Below are positions 15,986 through 24,280 of a stretch of 25,115 nt of DNA, in pieces (position 1 is the stretch's first letter; each line of letters starts with the position of its first letter). The notes beneath the pieces are model-generated. The model ran no database searches, was not told the DNA's origin, and saw nothing but the letters and a program-made list of their open reading frames with translations. The stretch is from a virus (taxonomy: Duplodnaviria; Caudoviricetes): the IMG/VR virus record IMGVR_UViG_3300020043_004109, positions 1 through 25,115 of that record. One strand, given 5' to 3'. The position numbers were made by a program, and so were the translations under genes.

Positions 15986-16960
15986 ATGGCGGGAACTATT
16001 AATATTTTTGGCTTTATTGGTTCAGATTGGGACGGCACAACATTAAAACAAGTGTCAGAACAATTAGAGGCAATCTCGGATAACGAGGTAATTGTAAAAA
16101 TATCTTCCGGTGGTGGTTATGTAAACGAAGGCTTGGCAATTTTCAACCTGTTAAGAAATTCAAAAAAAGATATTACGGTGCATATTATCGGACAGGCTTA
16201 CTCAATAGCTTCTGTTATTGCAATGGCCGGTAAAAAAATCTATATCGCTGAATTCGCAGATATGATGTTGCACCCAGCTTGGACGTTTACAGAAGGCAAC
16301 GCCGAAGACCTTAGAAAAACAGCCGACGAACTCGACGCGGTTTCAGATGAGTTATTTAAAACTTATTTAACCCGTGATAAAGCAAAAGACAGCGAAACTA
16401 CATTAAAAAGCTATTTTGAAGCTGAAAAATTCATTAAGGCTGACGAATGTATTACTCTTGGGCTGTGTGACGGCTTGTTAGAAGACCAAAACGCAGTTAA
16501 ATATCTTACAAAATACAAGGCAGTAGCCTATTTTGATAAACCAAAACAAAAAGAAATGTCAGAAAACAAAGAAACAAAGACCTTACTCGACGATTTTAAA
16601 GCGTGGTTTGAAGGCATTAAAAGCGGTTTCAAGGCTTCCGAAACAGAGGAAACCGAAACGCCTGAGCAGTTAAAAGAAAAAATCACTGCCTTAGAGGGCG
16701 AAATTGCCACTTTGAAAGGTGAAAAAGAAGCTACAGAAGCTAAAGTAGTGACTTTAACTACCGAAGTTGAGGCTTTAAACAACGTAAAAAACCAGTTTGA
16801 AGCTAAAATAAAAGAAGTTGAAGACATGGTTTTAGGTGCTGAAAATCCTGACAAAAAGAAAAAAGAAGGCAATGAAAAAACAGTGCCGGCTTACGAAACA
16901 GTAGCACAAAAAATGAAGCGTTTAGACGCAGAAAACCGTAAAAAATACAATCAAAACTAA
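15986..16960 (+). CDS. ClpP-family head maturation protease with C-terminal coiled-coil scaffold region
   Basis: INIFGFIG, ISSGGGYVNEGLAIFN, GQAYSIAS (catalytic Ser), MMLHPA (His) and GLCD; E/K-rich coiled-coil tail. Confidence 0.92.
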   Translation: MAGTINIFGFIGSDWDGTTLKQVSEQLEAISDNEVIVKISSGGGYVNEGLAIFNLLRNSKKDITVHIIGQAYSIASVIAMAGKKIYIAEFADMMLHPAWTFTEGNAEDLRKTADELDAVSDELFKTYLTRDKAKDSETTLKSYFEAEKFIKADECITLGLCDGLLEDQNAVKYLTKYKAVAYFDKPKQKEMSENKETKTLLDDFKAWFEGIKSGFKASETEETETPEQLKEKITALEGEIATLKGEKEATEAKVVTLTTEVEALNNVKNQFEAKIKEVEDMVLGAENPDKKKKEGNEKTVPAYETVAQKMKRLDAENRKKYNQN

Positions 16961-16966
16961 TAAACA

Positions 16967-17893
16967 ATGGCAATAACTATTTCAGACACCTCGTATGCCG
17001 GCAAGTATGCTTCGCCGATAATTACGAAAATGACTACTGAATTTGATTCAGTAAACAAGGGCGTTTTATATGTTGCGGATTCGGTTAGAAAAAAAATAAC
17101 TATCCCTACATTCTCATTAACAAATTTAATTCAAGACCGCGCAGCTACCCCAACTTCACAAGGAACTGGAACTGTAAATGGTAGAACAATTACACCTGCC
17201 GACTTTATGGTGTATTGGGAATTTAACCCACGCGACTTTGAAACTCACTTTGAAGCTGAAAACTTAACAGACCAGTTACTCCGTAGAGAGTTATCACCTG
17301 AACTGTTAGCAGTTTTAGAAGGTGAGGTGACAAAATTTGTAAATCAATACATGGATTTTTCCGTTTGGCGTTCACGCACAAGCAATACAAATACTTATAA
17401 GTATTATGACGGCTTTGTAAAGAAAATGTTGGATGACAGCGATGTTATTGATATTGGAAGTGCTGCAGCTCTTTCTGCTTCAAACATCGAAGCAAAATTA
17501 AACTTGGTAAAAGATGCCATTCCTGATTCAATCTACGACCACCCTGATGGTAAATATATTGTGAATATCGAAGCCGGTAAATTCTGGGCTGATGCACAAA
17601 GAACAGCAACTTACAAAGGTGCTGGATTAACTGACAGAGGATTAATGATGTTCGATGGTCGTCCGGTAGTTCCGGTAGCAGGTCTTCATGAAGACACTAT
17701 CATCTTTACTCATTGTTCAAATTCACCTCAATCGAATTTACACTTAGGTATCAATTCAAAAGATGATAGCTTGGTTCAGTATGACTTCTTACAAGCAAAT
17801 TCAGAACTTTGCTTCTTCAAGATGTTATTAAAAGCCGATGTAAACTATCGCTATGGTTCAGAAATTGTTTTATACACAACTCAAACTGCATAA
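16967..17893 (+). CDS. Major capsid protein
   Basis: 308 aa directly after the protease. YAGKYA N-terminus, YYDGFVKK and C-terminal ADVNYRYGSEIVLY resemble Bacteroidota phage capsid proteins. Confidence 0.85.
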   Translation: MAITISDTSYAGKYASPIITKMTTEFDSVNKGVLYVADSVRKKITIPTFSLTNLIQDRAATPTSQGTGTVNGRTITPADFMVYWEFNPRDFETHFEAENLTDQLLRRELSPELLAVLEGEVTKFVNQYMDFSVWRSRTSNTNTYKYYDGFVKKMLDDSDVIDIGSAAALSASNIEAKLNLVKDAIPDSIYDHPDGKYIVNIEAGKFWADAQRTATYKGAGLTDRGLMMFDGRPVVPVAGLHEDTIIFTHCSNSPQSNLHLGINSKDDSLVQYDFLQANSELCFFKMLLKADVNYRYGSEIVLYTTQTA

Positions 17894-17896
17894 AAA

Positions 17897-18301
17897 ATGG
17901 CAACAATTTATCAAGATAAAGAAAGCGGCAATTGGACAGGTTCTCAATTGACTTACCGCAAAGAAACAATTACATACGCGTCATCTGTAGCCTTTGTTGC
18001 TGCGGGTGCTACTGCTGCACTTGCTTTGGATGCAAACGTTAATATCCGTTACATGGCCGCTACAGGTGCTTGCACTTTTACAGCCCCTACTTCGGGTATC
18101 GCTTCAGGAACAGAGTTACACATTCATGTGTTGACTGATGGAACAGACAGAACTATGACCTTCGGGACTGGTTTTGAGTGCCACCCTGCTGCCGGAACTA
18201 AAGCAATCGAAAGCGCAACTACCGGTGTATTCAAATTTGTTTACAACGAGGCAGAAACAAAATTCATTGAAGTTTCAAGTTCATTCACAACTGCGGCATA
18301 A
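17897..18301 (+). CDS. Putative head decoration / capsid-associated beta-sandwich protein
   Basis: Thr/Ala/Gly-rich 134 aa immediately after the capsid gene. Confidence 0.55.
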   Translation: MATIYQDKESGNWTGSQLTYRKETITYASSVAFVAAGATAALALDANVNIRYMAATGACTFTAPTSGIASGTELHIHVLTDGTDRTMTFGTGFECHPAAGTKAIESATTGVFKFVYNEAETKFIEVSSSFTTAA

Positions 18302-18522
18302 TGTATCAGGAACTAAAAAATACGCTAATCGAAACCGGCAACCCATTTGTTTGGGTTACGGTTAACGGTTGGTATTTCAATGAACAGCCCGATAGTATTA
18401 AGTTCACATCTGAACAGGCGTTATCCGTCAACTCCTTAGACGAATTAATTGACTTAAAGAGTGAAGCAATACTTGAACAGGGCGAAACAATAATTAAAAA
18501 ACCTTCTAAAAGGACAAAATAA
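18301..18522 (+). CDS. Hypothetical protein
   Basis: TAATG-coupled on both sides; basic C-terminus. Confidence 0.65.
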   Translation: MYQELKNTLIETGNPFVWVTVNGWYFNEQPDSIKFTSEQALSVNSLDELIDLKSEAILEQGETIIKKPSKRTK

Positions 18523-19112
18523 TGGCTTCATCTTGTAATAAACTAAACACTGATTTCGCAGCAACCTGCGATAGTATAAAACGCGTTGGCGGTGCTGGCT
18601 CTTTTATTTATGCGTGTAACTTAAAAGACATCGCTTCTTATACAGTAGATGCCACTTCAAAGGATATTGAAACTATCGTAATGGAGGCTTCAGCTACCCT
18701 TTATAAAATCGAAGGCAGAAAGGCTAAAAACTCAGGTTCTATTGAACTTCAAAAAGGTGATTCAATTAATACTTGGATGCAAAAATTAAACATTGTTTTT
18801 TATTCGCACTCATCTTTATTGAATACCAAAATTGAAAATTACGCAGAAGCTGAAGACTTAGTTTTCTTTGTTCCTGATGCCGGTGGTTATATTACCGTTT
18901 GGGGACTTGACGTTAACTCAGGTTCTGTTAGTGACCCGTGGGGTGGATTAACCGCTGAAAGCGGGTTAATGGAAACAGGAACTGAAATAAATGGCCGTAA
19001 ACCAATGGCAATTACCTTTAGCGGTGAATTAAGAAATACAGAGCGATACTTTAACATTGATACAACACCTACATACACAGCTAATATTGCGTATTTAGAA
19101 GCGTTGTTATGA
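18522..19112 (+). CDS. Major tail (tube) protein, putative
   Basis: 196 aa with N-terminal C...C...GG motif, LVFFVPDAGGYITVWGLD and GT...G...AITFSG, as in Bacteroidota siphovirus structural proteins. Confidence 0.65.
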   Translation: MASSCNKLNTDFAATCDSIKRVGGAGSFIYACNLKDIASYTVDATSKDIETIVMEASATLYKIEGRKAKNSGSIELQKGDSINTWMQKLNIVFYSHSSLLNTKIENYAEAEDLVFFVPDAGGYITVWGLDVNSGSVSDPWGGLTAESGLMETGTEINGRKPMAITFSGELRNTERYFNIDTTPTYTANIAYLEALL

Positions 19113-19435
19113 ATTTAGAGATTTATCGACAGCCTTTTGATAGGGCACTTGGGAACCTCTATGTAAAAGATTATATAGAGGTTTTTCCACATAAAAAAGA
19201 AGATGTATCTTTAGGTTGTATTGATTGCTACCGGAAAGCATATTCTAAATTAATTTGGCATTTAAAAAAAACTGAAATGAAAAAATTTATTTTCTTAGGA
19301 GTAAAAGGTAAGGAATATAATTTCCCGAACCTTAAAATTTACGGTTTAACAACTGAAAACATAACAGAAGCAATTGCTGCAAAATTGTATGAAGCAAAAA
19401 GCCCGTTGGTAAAACTTGCTAAAGACAAGGAATGA
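19109..19435 (+). CDS. Hypothetical protein with CxxC
   Basis: SLGCIDC motif; ATGA overlaps at both ends. Confidence 0.7.
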   Translation: MNLEIYRQPFDRALGNLYVKDYIEVFPHKKEDVSLGCIDCYRKAYSKLIWHLKKTEMKKFIFLGVKGKEYNFPNLKIYGLTTENITEAIAAKLYEAKSPLVKLAKDKE

Positions 19436-20787
19436 ACGTATTCGGATCAAAATTACCTACTTTTTCGGAGTTTGTAAATAGATACGTTCCTCGCTTAATG
19501 AATAAGCAGGAGGGGACTTATCAATACGGCTCTAATAACCGGTTGCCTCAAGAGATAATCGCAATGGTTGGAAATAACGCCGCCATTTTAAAAGCTTTGA
19601 GGTTAAGGTCTAAGTATATCTATGCTAACGGGTTTCAAGATGAAAAAGCCGGTAATTTTATTATCGATGCCGAAACGGGTAAAACAGCAAACCAATTGCT
19701 AAAAGAAATTGCATTCCCAAAAGCTTTATTCGGTTCTGTTGATTTGTATGTGACAAAAAAAATAAACGGCGAAGTAGTAAAAACTGAAACCCTGTCACAC
19801 GATTTAATCAGGCGTAGAATAGATGGAGATTACGAAATAAATCCTTATTGGGGGATGCCTGATTTTAAAAAGTCAGACACACTTAAATACAAAGCGTTTA
19901 CTCAGGGTAAGCCTAAAGAAGTATTCAAGGATAAAAAAGGCAATTTGCTTGGTGAAATTATTTACTACTGGAATAAAGACGCTATTTCTTTTTTCTACCC
20001 GATACCTGATTGGTTCGCAGGTGAGATGGATGTAAGGACAAGTTCCGAACTTTCAGCAATGGATTTAGAAATGGCTATTAACTCATTTATGACTTCGGCT
20101 ATACTCACTTTAGTTGGTGAAAACTTAGACGAATCCAAAGACGGTGAATATAGCTACGTTCAACAGGTAACTCAGCTACTCACACAGTTCACCGGCGGTA
20201 AAAAGAACGCTGACGGCACGAGTGATAGAATGAGAATGTTATTATTAACCGCACCTGATAAGGATTCAGTTCCTATTTTAAGCCAATTAGCAGTAGATAA
20301 ATTAATCTCAGGATCAATTGAAAAAAGAGAGGCTGTTGACAGATTAATAGCCATGAATACAGGCGTTAACCCTGTTTTATTAGGATATGACGCAGCGACA
20401 ACTTTAGGAAACGTTCAGGCCTTAAGTAACGCTAAAAACATGCTTAGTGATAACGTTATAACAGACCAAGAGGATATAAAGCAAGTATTTACCATGCTTT
20501 ACCCAAATATGGACTGGACTATATCTCGTTTAAAAGCAGTAGGGCAAATTGATGCTAAGGTAATGGAGGTGTTAACAGAAGATGAAAAACGAAGCTTAGA
20601 AGGTTACAGCCCTATTGAAAAAGAAAGCGATAGTGCCAATGACGTTATAAATGCTTTAACTTTATTACCTGCTTTGGTTGCCAATGAGGTTATGAAAAAC
20701 ATGACTATCGAAGAAAAACGCAGCTTAGTAGGTTTAGAAACAACAGACGAAATAAAAAAAGAAATAGCTGTCAGCACCAATAACTAA
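19432..20787 (+). CDS. Portal protein
   Basis: 451 aa with YGSNNRLPQEI, YIYANGF, FYPIPDW, NSFMTS, GVNPVLLG and LTEDEKRSLEG. Confidence 0.85.
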   Translation: MNVFGSKLPTFSEFVNRYVPRLMNKQEGTYQYGSNNRLPQEIIAMVGNNAAILKALRLRSKYIYANGFQDEKAGNFIIDAETGKTANQLLKEIAFPKALFGSVDLYVTKKINGEVVKTETLSHDLIRRRIDGDYEINPYWGMPDFKKSDTLKYKAFTQGKPKEVFKDKKGNLLGEIIYYWNKDAISFFYPIPDWFAGEMDVRTSSELSAMDLEMAINSFMTSAILTLVGENLDESKDGEYSYVQQVTQLLTQFTGGKKNADGTSDRMRMLLLTAPDKDSVPILSQLAVDKLISGSIEKREAVDRLIAMNTGVNPVLLGYDAATTLGNVQALSNAKNMLSDNVITDQEDIKQVFTMLYPNMDWTISRLKAVGQIDAKVMEVLTEDEKRSLEGYSPIEKESDSANDVINALTLLPALVANEVMKNMTIEEKRSLVGLETTDEIKKEIAVSTNN

Positions 20788-21991
20788 TTTAATAACCAAA
20801 ACGTCTTTAATAGGTATAGTTCCGCAATTCAGCGCGAATGTGGATGACAACCACTTTTTAGCGGCTGCGAATTATGCAAATAAAAGATTAAATAATTTAC
20901 TACCGGCCGCTTTATGGACACGTTTAGAGGCTATTTATTCACTTGGAACTTGGTCAAACGCAACGGCTTATACAACCGGTCAGGAAATAGTTTACAACAA
21001 CAGAGGTTACGTAGCACTTCAAAACGGAACGAATAAAAACCCATCAACAGAAACTACCTACTGGAGTGAAATTGAGATTTATTCAGTTTGGCGGGATTAT
21101 TTAAAACCGTTTCTTTGTTGGCAGGCTTATAATAATTTCTTAATTTACGGCGGGATGTTTGTAACTCAGGGCGGGATTAAAAAACATATTGACTTAAACG
21201 CAGAACAAGCAAGTGACGAAGAAAAATCACGGGCTGTAAAAAGGTCACAGGAAATGGCGGACATTTTATATATGGACTTTAAAAAATACATGGAAGACGT
21301 GAGAAATACAATAGACACTGTAGTTTATACTTTTTCAAATACCACTTCTTTTAAGCCTAAAATTGGTATTCATATTGTAAAAATGATTGTCCTTTTGCTT
21401 TGTTTTTCAAAAGCTTACGGCCAATACCCGCTACCAATAGTAAACGAGCCTAAAAATTACCACTTTACTAAAAATGTTTATATCGATGGCCGGTTTAAAG
21501 TAGGTTATCCTACTCCAACGATTGCAAGAGATATTCATTTTGTGGCCGACACGATAAGATTAGAAGGTTTAGACGGAACTGGAACTCTTTTAGGTATCGA
21601 TGCAAACGGAGATGTTACAAGAGTAACAGGAGGTGCTGGTGGTGTAACCGGTTTAAACGATTACGAGCCTTTATTTGGGTCATTAACAGGGACAATAGAA
21701 CAAGATAACTTTTGGTATTACGACCCTACCACCCAATACATGCGATTAGGCGACCCTGCGGGAACAGTTGGTGGTGAAATAGCGGTAGTGGACGGGACAG
21801 ATGCAAGCTCTATGACTGCTACCTCTATAGGTGTTTCAGGTTCGGTAGGTCAAACAATAATGGACGGGCAATATTTTACTTTATTCGATTTAGATGCCGA
21901 ATTCTTTTCAATAGGACGGGCTACATGGTCAACAGACGAAGTTCTTTTGTTTCCCGCTGCTAAAGGTTCGGTAAATCAATCTTTGCAATGA
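20768..21991 (+). CDS. Head-tail adaptor-like protein with CBM5/12-like insertion, fused to a signal-peptide-like segment and fibre N-terminal half
   Basis: The frame is open from CTG 20768. Adaptor-like LITK...FSANVDD, YLKPFLCWQAY and VTQGGI; CBM-like WSNATAYTTGQEIVYNNRGYVA; KMIVLLLCFSKAYGQ; then G/T/D-rich fibre sequence ending at TGA 21989-21991. Confidence 0.7.
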   Translation: MSAPITNLITKTSLIGIVPQFSANVDDNHFLAAANYANKRLNNLLPAALWTRLEAIYSLGTWSNATAYTTGQEIVYNNRGYVALQNGTNKNPSTETTYWSEIEIYSVWRDYLKPFLCWQAYNNFLIYGGMFVTQGGIKKHIDLNAEQASDEEKSRAVKRSQEMADILYMDFKKYMEDVRNTIDTVVYTFSNTTSFKPKIGIHIVKMIVLLLCFSKAYGQYPLPIVNEPKNYHFTKNVYIDGRFKVGYPTPTIARDIHFVADTIRLEGLDGTGTLLGIDANGDVTRVTGGAGGVTGLNDYEPLFGSLTGTIEQDNFWYYDPTTQYMRLGDPAGTVGGEIAVVDGTDASSMTATSIGVSGSVGQTIMDGQYFTLFDLDAEFFSIGRATWSTDEVLLFPAAKGSVNQSLQ

Positions 21992-23434
21992 TCAAATGTA
22001 ACAGGTGATAATGTTACTTTGAGTTGGTTCACTCCTACAAGCGGTTCTGTCACTTCATTCTCATTTACTGACGGTAACGGTTTCGACGGAACTGTAACCA
22101 ACGCAACCACTACCCCGACATTAGAACTTACCACAACAGTAGGCGACAACCAAGTAATGTATTCAAACGGCGGTGATTTGCAAGGGTCAAGTTTGTTTAC
22201 TTATGATGACGCTGCGGGAGTTGAGAGATTAGATGTAAGTGCTTATGACTTTTTATTTAGGGGAACTTCTACTTACGGGACTTTAATGTATGCTGATGAC
22301 GGTGGAAGCGTTCAATTTGGTGATGTGTCTGGTTCTGCAAACGGCACACTAATAAGCCTCGATGACAGTGGCGAAACAATTGTGCTTGACGCTGACAATG
22401 GTATTGTCGTTACTCAATTCGCAGCAAATGACGCAATTACTTATATTAATGACGCAACCGAAGTAATAACTCCCGTAACCTTAACAGCAAACGATTTCAA
22501 TTTTTCATCTGGAACTTTAAGCATTGACTATACCAACGGGCAAACCGCGAACACATCAACAAAAGGTTTTTTAACCGATACCGATTGGGACACGTTTAAT
22601 AATAAGGTAAGTTTTGACATTAACGGGAAAACGGCGGAAACAAGTATAGCGTATGACGATGAAATACCTATTTATGACATTTCAGAAGGCGCGATAAACA
22701 AAATCACAGCCGAGAATACCTTAGCAGGTTTTAACCGCCCTGACGTGGTTAGAAATTACAAATTCACTTATTTTAATGAGTTCTTAAATACAGTCGGAAC
22801 TGCAACAGGTGGAAATGATATTATAGCTACCAACTCAGGCACGGGAGCGGGAACTAACAACGTATCCACAGGCGCAAGTAATAGAGTAGGTTTAGTAAGG
22901 TCAACAACAGGAACTACCGCAACAGGTAGGACATCACCCGGGACTTCATCTACTGCATGTGCTTTTGGTGGCGGAACTTGGGCGTATGAAATTGAAATTA
23001 ATCTTGCTGCTTTATCTACGGTAACTCAGAGGTATCAATTAGTAATAGGATTTCACGACGTTCAAAATGCAGCAAACCAAGTAGACGCAATCGCTTTTGT
23101 GTATGACGAAGGCGGTGTTTCGACTGGATCTGCGGCTTCTGCGAATTGGCAAACTTTAACAAGTTCAAACTCAACAAGGACATGGACAACCACAGGAACG
23201 GCAGTAGCTACAGGTTGGACTAATTTAAGAATAGAAGTAAACGCAGCAGGTAACTCAGTTACTTATTACGTGAACGGGGTTGCAATGGGTGTAAGTCACA
23301 CGACAAACATCCCAACAGGCACGGCAAGGGTAGCGGGTTTTGGTTATCTTATGATTAAATCAATAGGAACTACCGCTTCGACAATGGACGTTGATTACCT
23401 TTTTTGCGAAAGCGATTTTACAACAAATAGATAA
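21992..23434 (+). CDS. Fibre / receptor-binding protein C-terminal half with ConA/LamG-like lectin domain (in frame with upstream ORF; alternative start TTG 22019)
   Basis: Same frame as 20768 with no further stop. Fibre motif TANTSTKGFLTDTDWDTFNNK; C-terminal WTNLRIEVNAAGNSVTYYVNG...MDVDY. Confidence 0.75.
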   Translation, partial: SNVTGDNVTLSWFTPTSGSVTSFSFTDGNGFDGTVTNATTTPTLELTTTVGDNQVMYSNGGDLQGSSLFTYDDAAGVERLDVSAYDFLFRGTSTYGTLMYADDGGSVQFGDVSGSANGTLISLDDSGETIVLDADNGIVVTQFAANDAITYINDATEVITPVTLTANDFNFSSGTLSIDYTNGQTANTSTKGFLTDTDWDTFNNKVSFDINGKTAETSIAYDDEIPIYDISEGAINKITAENTLAGFNRPDVVRNYKFTYFNEFLNTVGTATGGNDIIATNSGTGAGTNNVSTGASNRVGLVRSTTGTTATGRTSPGTSSTACAFGGGTWAYEIEINLAALSTVTQRYQLVIGFHDVQNAANQVDAIAFVYDEGGVSTGSAASANWQTLTSSNSTRTWTTTGTAVATGWTNLRIEVNAAGNSVTYYVNGVAMGVSHTTNIPTGTARVAGFGYLMIKSIGTTASTMDVDYLFCESDFTTNR

Positions 23435-23490
23435 TATGAGAATTTACCTAAACATCGAACAACACGAAACGGATAACTAATCGAGATACC

Positions 23491-23715
23491 ATGACTTCAA
23501 AATTTCTAAACACACCACTAGGTTCATGGCTTAAAGTTGGCTTAAGTGCATTTTTAGGTCAAATAATGGTAATATTAACCGACCCTGCACAAACTTTGTT
23601 TTGTTGGCAGACAGCGCAAAATTTAGGGATAATTTTTGCAACGGCGGTAATTCCTTTAATTATTAACTGGCTGAACGCGGCAGACCCACGTTATGGCAAA
23701 AATAAACAACAATGA
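23491..23715 (+). CDS. Putative holin (2 TM)
   Basis: 74 aa with two hydrophobic helices and C-terminal IINWLNAADPRYGK; follows the fibre gene. Confidence 0.7.
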   Translation: MTSKFLNTPLGSWLKVGLSAFLGQIMVILTDPAQTLFCWQTAQNLGIIFATAVIPLIINWLNAADPRYGKNKQQ

Positions 23716-23939
23716 CACTTTCAAAATCACAAACACATTTACTTAACGGATTTTTCGGGGACGAAAAAATGTTATTTGGTGCTCCATTTGTTACCAATTC
23801 AGACTACAACAACCTTTGCGATGAGGTTGAAACATGGGAAGAAGCAGCAAACGGAAACGGATTAGTAGGAACTAATGACGACAACACTACATTTAGCTTT
23901 GGAGTTGTAGGGTTCCCTAAGCCGCCAAAAAGAAACTAA
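23712..23939 (+). CDS. Small hypothetical protein with Pro/Lys-rich C-terminus
   Basis: ATGA-coupled to the holin; ends GVVGFPKPPKRN. Confidence 0.65.
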   Translation: MTLSKSQTHLLNGFFGDEKMLFGAPFVTNSDYNNLCDEVETWEEAANGNGLVGTNDDNTTFSFGVVGFPKPPKRN

Positions 23940-23965
23940 TTACTTCTCCCTTAAAAACACGACAA

Positions 23966-24280
23966 ATGCTATTAGAAACAATAGATAACGGGAGCGGGGC
24001 GGTTAGTTTGGTTTGGTTTGCCGGTATATCATTTAGCACTGTAATGGTATTAATTGGGGTTATTTGGAACGACCAAATTAAGCAACAAAAAGCAGCACTT
24101 GCAGAACAAAAGCAGCAAAACGAAGTATTAAAAGCTATTGCTATCGACATAGCAGTGATGAAATCTAACTCAATTACAACTACAAACGATGTTACACATA
24201 TCCGGTCAGAAATGGAGGAAGTAAGACACGATGTAGGGTTAATTGATAAAAGAGTTTATAAACTTGAAATTGCCAAATAA
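23966..24280 (+). CDS. Single-TM coiled-coil protein (lysis-module associated)
   Basis: N-terminal TM (LVWFAGISFSTVMVLIGVIW) followed by a coiled coil ending IDKRVYKLE. Confidence 0.7.
   Translation: MLLETIDNGSGAVSLVWFAGISFSTVMVLIGVIWNDQIKQQKAALAEQKQQNEVLKAIAIDIAVMKSNSITTTNDVTHIRSEMEEVRHDVGLIDKRVYKLEIAK

Noticed and set aside
21989-21991. Genome-wide TGA reassignment (code 4/25)
   Set aside because: TGA is the real stop in many ATGA-coupled gene pairs (e.g. 3070, 7273, 8954, 9822, 19110, 19433, 23713), and the other long genes have no internal TGA.
21989-22022. Canonical selenocysteine codon with bacterial SECIS
   Set aside because: The hairpin has a bulged U and a loop G, but the loop is only 12 nt from the UGA, shorter than typical. 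The position is not a Cys/redox context, and no sel genes are in the window. Kept only as generic readthrough.
23436-23480. 14-codon mini-ORF MRIYLNIEQHETDN between fibre and holin
   Set aside because: Too short to support; it may be a remnant or translational coupler, but there is no evidence for either.
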